From assembly GCF_000981785.2 (NCBI RefSeq), contig NZ_CP011304.1, positions 2,250,001 to 2,282,000 of the forward strand: a stretch of DNA of 32,000 nt, given 5' to 3'. How positions within the stretch are numbered: the stretch's first letter is position 1; each line of letters starts with the position of its first letter. The notes beneath the pieces were generated by a model, which was given only the letters and a program-made list of their open reading frames with translations, searched no databases and was not told where the DNA came from. This stretch comes from Microcystis aeruginosa NIES-2549 (GTDB lineage: Bacteria; Cyanobacteriota; Cyanobacteriia; Cyanobacteriales; Microcystaceae). Positions 7,550 to 15,974 of the stretch are shown here, one piece after another. The position numbers and the translations under genes were made by a program.

Positions 7550-9403
7550 TTAACGTCTGCCTGGCAAGAAAGCCATGGGATTAACTGCGCCCTGGCCGGA
7601 GGGGTGAACCTCGAAATGTAGATGGGGGCCGGTGCTAAAACCGGTGCTACCCATCTGGGCGATTGGCTCGCCTTGCTCAACAGTTTGGCCGCGACGCACC
7701 AACAGACGGCTGTTATGGGCATAGAGAGTGACGCTACCATCGGGGTGACGCAGTTTCACCAGATTGCCATAACCGCCAGAATTCCAACCGGAGGAGATTA
7801 CTTCACCGGCAGCCGCCGCCACAACTGGCGTACCCACTGGACCGGCGATATCGATGCCGCGATGAGGTCTGCCCCAGCGCCAACCGAAACCGGAGGTTAA
7901 CACACCCCTGGTGGGCCAGATAAAGCCGGTAAAAATAGGGGCGGGATTAGGTAAATGCTCATCAGGATTAGCGAGGGGAGGAAGGGAAGGTTCTACGGTT
8001 TCGCCGACGGGGATTCGTAGGCGGTCATTATATTCTTCCACATTAGTAGGAGCCGAACCGATAATCTGGGGGGGGTTGCTTTGGTTAGAACGAGAACGAA
8101 GGGCGGTCCATTGGGGATTAGCGGTTATTTGCCGATCCTCGACAGTTTCTGGGGGATTATCGACGGGAATAGCGATACTTTTCTGGGTTTCCGAAAGGTT
8201 AGTTTCCCGCAGATTAGCCACCTCTTGGCGCAATCTTTCCCGATAGCTGCCGGTGATATTTTCGGGGAATTCTTCCGTCTCCGTGGTGACAGTTTCCGCG
8301 GGCGGATTTTGTCGATTGCTGGGGTTAAAGGACAACCTAGGGCGCTCGCCGACTAAGGGGGTAAGATTTTGATTAACTCTAGCGTTGGCAGAGCGGTCGG
8401 GAACCACTAGGGTTTGATTGACTTTAATCCGGTTGGGGTTGTCAATGCCGTTTTCCCTAGCTAATTCGGCGGGGGTGATGCCGAGAGCGCGAGCGATCGT
8501 GTTTAAGGTATCCCCGGGCCGAACCCGATAAACTTGGTTTTCTGGGGGAACTATGACCCTAGGATTGGGAACGGCGGGAATTTCAGTCACAGGAGCCGGA
8601 TTTCGTAGGGCAACGCTGGGAATTTCCGGTCTGCTAGTCAAGGGAGGATTAAGGGGAATTGTGGCTATCGGGCGATCGCTTTCAGGGGTGGGAACGGGAA
8701 TCGGGATCACCTGGCTAGTTGGTTGGGGGGATTCTTCGGGAGCGATAACGGGAATCTCGACGCTAGTTGGCGAATTATCGGGAACGAGAGCGGTGGTTTC
8801 AGTGACGATTACCGTTTCCCCAGAATGGGACTGATGGGGGGTTTCCTCGGTCCGTAAGGCGGCCAAACTTTCTTGGAGACGTTGACGGGTTTGACGGAGA
8901 CTAGCAGAGGAACTATCCAACTGCTCAGGAGTTGCTGCCGGGGCTGCCGGGGGCAACTGCTCAGGAGTGGGTATTTTTAAAGTTTGTCCGATAATCAAAT
9001 CGGAATGGGGGGAGAGATTATTGCGGGTAGCGATCGCTGTGGGGGTGGTTTGATAGGTGTCGGCTAAACTCCACAGGGATTCTCCCGGTTTTACCTGATG
9101 CTCAACCACTGATGTGGCGATGAATTTGACGGTAGCCAGTGCTTGGGATGGGATTATTTGCGGTTCTTTTAGTTCTTTACCCCCATCTTTGGCTTTTGGG
9201 GACAGATCGATCAATTCCCATTCTAAGGGTACAGAATTGGCGGCCTGGGCTGATTCCGAGGTGGAGTTGAGAATGCTAGGTACTCCCAGGGAGAGTGCTA
9301 ATCCCAGTAGAGCAACTGAGTAACGGACTCGGTTAGACTCAGCGGTGTAATTCTGTTCTGGGGTAGCGGATGTCATGGTGTTGTGGATAAAAGTCTCTTT
9401 CAA
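7550..9403 (-). CDS. LysM-domain M23-family metallopeptidase (peptidoglycan endopeptidase) with a long Pro-rich linker.
   Basis: 617-aa ORF. The start is TTG at 9403, preceded by AGGAGG at 5-nt spacing. It has a signal-like N-terminus and two LysM modules (HQVKPGESLWSLADTY...GQTLKIP and YRVRPGDTLNTIARAL...NQTLVVP). The C-terminal M23 motifs are HRGIDIAG and GSTGFSTGPHLHFEV. Confidence 0.9.
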   Translation of the reverse strand: MKETFIHNTMTSATPEQNYTAESNRVRYSVALLGLALSLGVPSILNSTSESAQAANSVPLEWELIDLSPKAKDGGKELKEPQIIPSQALATVKFIATSVVEHQVKPGESLWSLADTYQTTPTAIATRNNLSPHSDLIIGQTLKIPTPEQLPPAAPAATPEQLDSSSASLRQTRQRLQESLAALRTEETPHQSHSGETVIVTETTALVPDNSPTSVEIPVIAPEESPQPTSQVIPIPVPTPESDRPIATIPLNPPLTSRPEIPSVALRNPAPVTEIPAVPNPRVIVPPENQVYRVRPGDTLNTIARALGITPAELARENGIDNPNRIKVNQTLVVPDRSANARVNQNLTPLVGERPRLSFNPSNRQNPPAETVTTETEEFPENITGSYRERLRQEVANLRETNLSETQKSIAIPVDNPPETVEDRQITANPQWTALRSRSNQSNPPQIIGSAPTNVEEYNDRLRIPVGETVEPSLPPLANPDEHLPNPAPIFTGFIWPTRGVLTSGFGWRWGRPHRGIDIAGPVGTPVVAAAAGEVISSGWNSGGYGNLVKLRHPDGSVTLYAHNSRLLVRRGQTVEQGEPIAQMGSTGFSTGPHLHFEVHPSGQGAVNPMAFLPGRR

Positions 9404-9799
9404 ACAGACCTCCTGTGGTGTAAAGAGTTAGCTAGAGCCAGTCGATTAGGTCGATGATTCTAGCTTTCAGCATTAGCCTTGAGGCTAGAGTAGAAGCTAG
9501 GCAACTCTCTTTTTAGTCAAAATACCTAAAGGTGACTTTTAGGAGAGATTAACTTAGATTTTGAAATCATGCAAGTCTCCCTCTGACCATTAGCGCCGGG
9601 ATCACGGCAAGTTGGTGACATTTTGAATGTCTAGATTGACGATGCTCTATCTCAGATGTTCCAAGCTGATCAGCATTTTTCGTCCTGCCAATTTTTGCCA
9701 GTTTTTTGATAGAAAATTTTTATCTGTTTTGCCGTTTAGAAAGAAATTATTGATGATTCGCTGCTCGCAAGGAGCAATGATGGCTATTGGGGGGGGCAA

Positions 9800-10015
9800 T
9801 AATTAGGGTTTGCGGCAAAAAGTTTTTCGTGGGGGTAGGGTGTGGGGTGTGGGGTGTGGGGTTTTACCGATTTTCAGGTGGTCAATTACCTAATTTTCAG
9901 GGAAAAAGTCAAAATTTCGCCCCGATCACTCCAATGGCTGGCATTTTTTGATCTCAAAAAAGTCTAAAAGTCTTATCCCACAAGGTTTTTAGATTTAATC
10001 AGCCAACCCTAATTA
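9800..10015 (+). mobile_element. MITE copy C. Core is 9806-10009, flanked by the direct repeat TAATTA (9800-9805 and 10010-10015).
   Basis: Same family as copies B and E, with about 3.5 GGGGTGT heptamers (9836-9862). The right flanking repeat contains the stop codon (10013-10015) of the 1154-aa gene. Confidence 0.85.
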
Positions 10016-13000
10016 AAAAGAATACACGGCTGTTTTGATATTTTGGTAGTTATCATCTAGGTCTGATTCTAGGAGAATAATCGCAGTAATTCTTCTAGTC
10101 ATCTCGCTGACTTCCTGCACTTCTGCGATAGTTAATCCCCGTCCTAATAATTTTTCCTCGCGATAACTTAGCCATTTTTTAATGACTTGATAACCCCCGA
10201 TGGTATATTCCCACACCCGGACTGGTATATTTTGCCAATAGGCTCGATCGTTGAGATAAATATCATAGGTGGTTGTTCCTAATAATTTTCGCATTTCTGG
10301 ACTAATTACGCTCATTTCTGCGGTTGTATATTGTCTGGCGATCGCTTTTCCTTTACCCGGCATTGTCACGCCATTTTTCCCCCCGTGTCCCCAACCGACG
10401 TTAATAATTAAATCCCCCTTATCTGGGTTTAAATTTCCCCCATCAGTGCAGGAAATCAAGGCGATTTTTTGCAGTGCAGGGGTCGGTTTTTTGGTGACTC
10501 CTATAACGGGTTTTTCTGTGTCTAAAAGAGATGCGATCACTTGTCCTAGTTCGGCAGATTTAATTAATAATTCTTGGCTATTGGGAAGGGGAATCCTTGG
10601 GAAGTCTTGACGAATACCGTCGGCATTTTCCCCAAGATACAAGGGGGAGTACCCAATCGCTAACGAGTGCAGCCAAATTAAGGAAGCATTCTCGATATTT
10701 TCATCAAGATTATTAATACCCAGTTCATTTAAGTATTGACGAGATTTTTCTGAAAGATTGGCTTTTATTGAAGGAATATTCAAGTTACTGGAATCGAATA
10801 ATTTTCCTTGAGTATTATCTTCTGTCTTCACCTTCTCTGAATTTTGACGTAATCGTATAGGAAAGTGATAAGCATGACCTCTAATAAAGTCAAAGTCTCC
10901 TAAACAGTTAGTAAAATAAAATGGTATTCCTTCGGGAGAGGCAACACCAGCAGGACGACTGACTAAAAAGGAATTACCTTGAAATTGATGAATAAATAGC
11001 GAAGGTCTAGACTCATTCCAAAGCGGTCTAATTTGAGTATAATAACACCACTTAACCTCATAGGGTCTGAGCAGATAAGGTAACAGCATTTGAGGATTAA
11101 ATTTTTCGCGTAACTTTAAGACTTTATCTCTTGCTTTTTTGGCATCAAATCGAGCTGCATCTTTAGTTAAACCTGTATTAAGTGATGCTAATTCTTCCCA
11201 TGAAACATTTTGATCAAAGTATTTACTTATCCTTTCCGAAAGAATAGTTTTATCACTATCAATAAAACTATAGCCTCGATTCTCTTTATAACCTGTAATT
11301 GGAGCTTCATCAGATAAATCTGTTAACTTTGGCCATGCTAAATAGTGAGAAGAAACATCGGAGGGACGGAAAGAATAACGATTAGATTGTTCTGGGTTAG
11401 AGACTTGATACAAAGAATCAAAATCTTGATTATTTAAACTATCTAATAACTGTTCTCGTTTAGCAACTCCCCAGAAATGGCGAAAATAGACATCAACATT
11501 TTTATTCCTTACTTCCTTTCTTACCATTAGTCCGATAGTTGTCCCGACTCGAATTCCTTCCTTATTGTATTGAGTAGAAAAAACACTAGGATCGGGATTA
11601 CCTTCAGGGGTTAACTTTCCTGTTTCGCGACTATCCCCATTGAGACAATCAAACCAAAGACGATCAAATTCTTGTAAAAATCTTTGTCGCATCACCACAA
11701 AAGAAGGATCACCGAGATAGGAAAAATTAGAAATATAACAAACAACCCCTTTACCAGTATTTTCTGAAATACATCTTTCCGCTAAACGAAAAAAGCGCAC
11801 ATATAACTCATCCAGATTAAACTTTTTAATCCCCCAATCGGAGATTAAACCCTGTTTATACAATTCCACTAAACCTGCTTCTTCTGCGGGACTGGTTCCA
11901 GCAAAAGCATTGTAGGGAGGATTACCGAGAATAACTAAAATCGGTTTACCGCGCTTAACTTCATCAGCTGCCTCTCGTTCCTTATTTAACTCTGGAAAAC
12001 TCAATTGTAGCTGTTGAATTTTCTGTTTACTTTCCTCATCGGGAGGTTGCCAACCAGTTAAAGCATTAGTCAGATAAATCCCCACCCGTTCACTATCTTC
12101 TATTAAAGGTACACCCAAACTTTGCAGGAATAAACCTAATTGTAGATGAGCGACGACAAAAGGAGCGGTTAAAATCTCGAAACCGAAAATTCTTTCTATG
12201 GCTGCCTTTTTCACCAAAGCCATGGCTAAAGCACCCGCCCCATTTTCCTGTAAAGTATCGGTAATATAGCGCAAAACCTCGACTAAATAAGCACCAGTGC
12301 CACAGCAAGGATCGAGAATATAAACATCGGGATTAGCTAAACCGTCCTCGATATTTAATTCTTCTCGCAAAACTCGATCGACTCGCGCTACCATATAGCG
12401 AACAATTTCCGGAGGAGTGTACCAAACTCCCAATTCTTTGCGTAAATCGGGATCAAAAGCTTGCAAAAATGGTTCATAGAAATACTGTACCGCTTGTCCC
12501 TCATCGAATTGACGAAAAAATTCCTCTCGTCGCACTCGATTTAAAGCTGCACCGGTCCAATTCAAGACTTCTACTAATCCCAAAGATTTTAACTTACTCG
12601 GTGCGGCGATCTGCTCAAATAGGATCGCTAACATGGGAACATGGAGATGGTGGGCTGCGGATTTCCAATCGAACTTATCCTCTTTATCCTCGCGATTGAG
12701 GTTTTGCTTGTGCCATAATACCCAAGCGGAGAATAAACCATAAAAGAGGGTTTGCACGAGGGTAGAACGAAAAAATTTATTCCCCTGTTCCCGTTCAAAT
12801 TTGATACCTAGGGCATTTTCTAAAGCTTGACGAATATTGGCCAGAGCAGGAAGATCGGAATGATGTTCTAAGCGTGCTTTTGCGTCCCGCGCATAGGAAG
12901 CAAGAAACCAAGCAACATCGGCCGGTGAGGTGATAGGAGCCGCCTGTAAAAGCACTCTCTTTAGGTATTCTAAGAGGCTATCACCGTGTTCAGCGGCAAA

Positions 13001-13477
13001 TTTGGATGGATTTGAGGTTTTTAGCCAAAACTCGGCTTCTGACGGGGCTAAACTATAGGCTTCTAATTCTACCGGTTGACCTTGGCTATTGCGACCGATG
13101 AGCAGAAAATCGCGATAATTGCTGACTAATACTTGACCGTATTTTTGCCAGTATTTTTGTACTTGTTCGCTGGCGGCGATTTTTTTGATATCTTCTTTGG
13201 TTCCCTTAATCTCGATCGCACCTCTTTCGGGAAAAATCGCCGTAAAAGGTTCTAATTCTTGATTTTTGGGGAATTGATCGACGTTAAAAAGTCCCCCGTC
13301 CGGCAATCCCGCACCCTGATTTCTGAGGTTGATAATGCAGCGTACTCGCGGTTTTAGGGTTTTACCGATTTCGTTGAGGAGAGTTTCAAGAGTGCCGTAG
13401 TAAGAGGTTTCTTTTACTGCTGCTTGGGAGGAGTGGATTTCTTGCAGGTTGCGAAAATAATTAACGAGGGGATTCAT
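10013..13477 (-). CDS. Single-chain restriction-modification enzyme candidate. It combines an N-terminal PD-(D/E)XK-like domain, a gamma-class N6-adenine DNA methyltransferase and a type ISP-like C-terminal specificity domain, with no helicase/ATPase module.
   Basis: 1154-aa ATG ORF. Motif I is YILDPCCGTGAYL (about 12291-12330) and motif IV is VILGNPPYNAF (about 11907-11936), preceded by WYTPPEIV. The N-terminus has LPD (D codon 13298-13300) ... GAIEIKG (K codon 13205-13207). The C-terminal WEYTIGGYQVIKKWLSYREEKLLGRGLT matches my memory of the type ISP C-terminal domain signature. Confidence 0.75.
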   Translation of the reverse strand: MNPLVNYFRNLQEIHSSQAAVKETSYYGTLETLLNEIGKTLKPRVRCIINLRNQGAGLPDGGLFNVDQFPKNQELEPFTAIFPERGAIEIKGTKEDIKKIAASEQVQKYWQKYGQVLVSNYRDFLLIGRNSQGQPVELEAYSLAPSEAEFWLKTSNPSKFAAEHGDSLLEYLKRVLLQAAPITSPADVAWFLASYARDAKARLEHHSDLPALANIRQALENALGIKFEREQGNKFFRSTLVQTLFYGLFSAWVLWHKQNLNREDKEDKFDWKSAAHHLHVPMLAILFEQIAAPSKLKSLGLVEVLNWTGAALNRVRREEFFRQFDEGQAVQYFYEPFLQAFDPDLRKELGVWYTPPEIVRYMVARVDRVLREELNIEDGLANPDVYILDPCCGTGAYLVEVLRYITDTLQENGAGALAMALVKKAAIERIFGFEILTAPFVVAHLQLGLFLQSLGVPLIEDSERVGIYLTNALTGWQPPDEESKQKIQQLQLSFPELNKEREAADEVKRGKPILVILGNPPYNAFAGTSPAEEAGLVELYKQGLISDWGIKKFNLDELYVRFFRLAERCISENTGKGVVCYISNFSYLGDPSFVVMRQRFLQEFDRLWFDCLNGDSRETGKLTPEGNPDPSVFSTQYNKEGIRVGTTIGLMVRKEVRNKNVDVYFRHFWGVAKREQLLDSLNNQDFDSLYQVSNPEQSNRYSFRPSDVSSHYLAWPKLTDLSDEAPITGYKENRGYSFIDSDKTILSERISKYFDQNVSWEELASLNTGLTKDAARFDAKKARDKVLKLREKFNPQMLLPYLLRPYEVKWCYYTQIRPLWNESRPSLFIHQFQGNSFLVSRPAGVASPEGIPFYFTNCLGDFDFIRGHAYHFPIRLRQNSEKVKTEDNTQGKLFDSSNLNIPSIKANLSEKSRQYLNELGINNLDENIENASLIWLHSLAIGYSPLYLGENADGIRQDFPRIPLPNSQELLIKSAELGQVIASLLDTEKPVIGVTKKPTPALQKIALISCTDGGNLNPDKGDLIINVGWGHGGKNGVTMPGKGKAIARQYTTAEMSVISPEMRKLLGTTTYDIYLNDRAYWQNIPVRVWEYTIGGYQVIKKWLSYREEKLLGRGLTIAEVQEVSEMTRRITAIILLESDLDDNYQNIKTAVYSF

Positions 13478-13578
13478 GAGTAATAAAGTAATAGGACAAA
13501 ATTAACTTCTTGGTTAGGATAGGCAAAAGGCAAAAGTATGTGTAATTAATTGTGTCTAGCTACTTAAAAAGTGTAGTC

Positions 13579-13655
13579 TAGATAGGGTTGGCCGAAAAAG
13601 TTTTTCGTGGGGACGGATTGTGGGGTGTCGGTCGTCGATACCCAATTAGGTTACA
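13579..13655 (+). mobile_element. Truncated MITE fragment (copy D): left end only.
   Basis: TAGATA then GGGTTGGCCGAAAAAGTTTTTCGTGGGGAC...GTGGGGTGT matches the left 60-75 nt of copies B, C and E. There is no matching right end and no second TAGATA. Confidence 0.6.
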
Positions 13656-13718
13656 CTTCATCTTAAGAAAGGCTGTCACCAGCGATGGTATATTTTGGCC
13701 ATAGTATAGCTCGCTAGT

Positions 13719-15905
13719 TTAGATTTGTTCAATTGGAGAAATAAGATTAGATAAAATTTCGTTCCATTTTAATTTATGAATAGTTTGTAATTCCGAATCT
13801 ATTTCAATTAGATGGGAATAGCTATTGACAAATTCTTCTGGAGATGATATCAGTCTCAGATAATATTTAATTGTCGGTATAATACCATTGGTGATTATTT
13901 GACAACCATGGTTGTTTTTGATAGTTTGAATCTCAGACATGATTAACTCCACTTCTGTGGGTTTAACATCAAACGATGATAGGATATAATATCTTCTCGG
14001 ATTAAATTTAATAATTTTATCTTTGGCAATTCGGAGAATTTGTAAATCAATGTACTTACCATGCTTAATTTCAATAACTTCTACTAATTGTTTATTTTTA
14101 TCAAAAATCTCAATATCTCCTGCACTACCAGAAGTTAGATCAGAAGCTGTGTGACTGCCTAGAGGTTTTAATGTGCAGGATTTGTATCTTTCTACTTCTA
14201 TAATTAACCTTTGATAAATTGCATATAGTGCTAAAACAGGTAATTTGGAAGCTCCGCGAGTTTGATAATTGAAACTAAAATGATTTTCTAGGCAACTGCT
14301 CAAAGTGTTGATATCAAAAGGTTCAGGATTATCTATCTTCAAAATTTTAATCTTTTGAGTCTGGATAATCTGATTAACTTGATGAAGTAAAAGCGTTAAA
14401 ATAACTTCAGCTTGTTGAGGATTAGTTTCAATAAAATCAATTAAACCCAGAAAAGCATCTTTGGTTTTTTGATTACTAATTTTACCTTGATAATCTAAAG
14501 TATAGGGAAAGGGTTGTTCTAAAGAACGAGTTAGCCAGCCACTTTCTGCCATAGCTGGTAATCCCAATTGTTTCAAGGTGGGAGTAATATACTGAGTATC
14601 AATAGTTCTTCCTGAAAATCCTCCAGGTAAATTAGTTTGATGGTATCTAATATCTTGATTAGGATAGAGAATTTTATGAACTAATAAAGTTATTAAAACC
14701 GTATAAACTCCCTTTTTTTTTGAGCAATTAGTAGCAATTTGTTGGATATAGTTTTGATAGGGTTGAGGGAGCAGTGGTTGCCGATCATCTAAATTTAAGG
14801 ATTGGTCATAAATGTCTAATAACTTTTCTTTATGGTTCATAAAATCTAATCCGATAATTTCCAATTGAATATTCTGACGAGAAAAAGAAAACTCCTTTAA
14901 GGATACTCTAGAATTGTTTTCAAAAATATGTTTCTTAATGGCAATAGCCAACTCTTGAATCATGGGAATACAAACCGAATTACCCACCTGTTTATAAGAC
15001 TCAGCTAAGTTAGGATGAATTTGAAAACTATCGGGAAACTTCATCAGTCGATAGCATTCTTGTATAGTTAATTTACGCACCTGATCTTGTTCGGGTATAT
15101 AAATAAAAAAACGTCCAGATGTTTCCTGAGATGGTATAGTAGGATGTACTCCATCGATCGAATAAATTCGGTTAGGTTGATGATGAACCCGGGATAAATG
15201 TTCTGTATTTGGTCTGATACCTTTTTTCCAGATAGTTTTATTGCGATAACCGACAAAAATTAATCCTGATGGTTGTAAGGTAGGATTATCAATGAGAGTA
15301 TATTCTTTTTTATCTAAGTATTCAAAATTGCCTTGAGGAGACAGAAAATCGCGTAACTTAGGTATTGGTGAAGTATATTTTAATGAGTTGAAATTAAATT
15401 TTTTATTTTGGGTAGCAATAATAATAATTCTTTCTCGATTTTGCGGCACACCAAAATCCTTGGCATTTAAGAGCTTATAATCAACTAAATAACCCAGTTC
15501 TTCCAAAGAATGCAAAATAATATCTAAGTTTTTGCCTTTGTCGAGGTGAATTAGGTGTTTAACATTTTCCAGAAGAATTATTTTCGGCTTTTTTAATTCT
15601 ACTATTTCGCAGATGTGAAAAAATAGAGTTCCCCTTGTATCTCTAAATCCGGCTCGTTTTCCAGAAATGCTAAAGGGTTGACAGGGAAATCCTGCTGTCA
15701 ACACTTCAAAATCAGGCAGGTCATGGATAGCAATTTTTCTAATATCTTGATCGGGAATTTCTTGAAAATTATTGAAATATACTTTTCGACAGTTTTCGTC
15801 TATTTCACAAGAATATACACAGTCATAACCAACGCTCTCGAAAGCTAATCTAAATCCTCCAATACCAGCAAAAAGATCGATAAATCTGAGTTTTTCGTTT
15901 GTCAT
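13719..15905 (-). CDS. DNA (cytosine-5)-methyltransferase fused in frame to a C-terminal domain of about 390 aa that carries a PD-(D/E)XK-like motif (predicted endonuclease).
   Basis: The ORF is open to TTG at 15911; the ATG at 15905 gives MTNEKLRFIDLFAGIGGF. The m5C motifs are complete and in order: FAGIGGF, GFPCQPFS, LLENVKHL, QNRERIIII, ECYRLMKFPDSF and GNSVCIP. The C-terminal part has GDIEIF (D codon 14115-14117) ... VIEIKHG (K codon 14064-14066). The gene is very AT-rich (13 G+C out of 60 at 14041-14100). Confidence 0.8.
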   Translation of the reverse strand: MTNEKLRFIDLFAGIGGFRLAFESVGYDCVYSCEIDENCRKVYFNNFQEIPDQDIRKIAIHDLPDFEVLTAGFPCQPFSISGKRAGFRDTRGTLFFHICEIVELKKPKIILLENVKHLIHLDKGKNLDIILHSLEELGYLVDYKLLNAKDFGVPQNRERIIIIATQNKKFNFNSLKYTSPIPKLRDFLSPQGNFEYLDKKEYTLIDNPTLQPSGLIFVGYRNKTIWKKGIRPNTEHLSRVHHQPNRIYSIDGVHPTIPSQETSGRFFIYIPEQDQVRKLTIQECYRLMKFPDSFQIHPNLAESYKQVGNSVCIPMIQELAIAIKKHIFENNSRVSLKEFSFSRQNIQLEIIGLDFMNHKEKLLDIYDQSLNLDDRQPLLPQPYQNYIQQIATNCSKKKGVYTVLITLLVHKILYPNQDIRYHQTNLPGGFSGRTIDTQYITPTLKQLGLPAMAESGWLTRSLEQPFPYTLDYQGKISNQKTKDAFLGLIDFIETNPQQAEVILTLLLHQVNQIIQTQKIKILKIDNPEPFDINTLSSCLENHFSFNYQTRGASKLPVLALYAIYQRLIIEVERYKSCTLKPLGSHTASDLTSGSAGDIEIFDKNKQLVEVIEIKHGKYIDLQILRIAKDKIIKFNPRRYYILSSFDVKPTEVELIMSEIQTIKNNHGCQIITNGIIPTIKYYLRLISSPEEFVNSYSHLIEIDSELQTIHKLKWNEILSNLISPIEQI

Positions 15906-15938
15906 TGCCAAATTATGACATCAAAGAAATTAATCAAT

Positions 15939-15966
15939 GGGTGCGTTAACCAAGAGTAACGCACCC
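15939..15966 (-). terminator. Hairpin terminator of the glutamate synthase gene.
   Basis: GGGTGCGTTA / TAACGCACCC form a perfect 10-bp stem with an 8-nt loop, 9 nt past the stop codon. The minus-strand tail is ATTGATTAATTTCTTTG. Confidence 0.55.
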
Positions 15967-15974
15967 CGAGGAAA

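Noticed and set aside
7622-9323. Plus-strand ORFs 7622-7900, 7911-8246, 8081-8356, 8553-8834 and 9114-9323, plus minus-strand ORF 7492-7740.
   Set aside because: All lie inside or against the M23/LysM peptidase gene. Their products are Gly/Arg/Ser-rich and low in complexity, as expected for antisense or out-of-frame shadows. The 7492-7740 ORF runs through the terminator hairpin.
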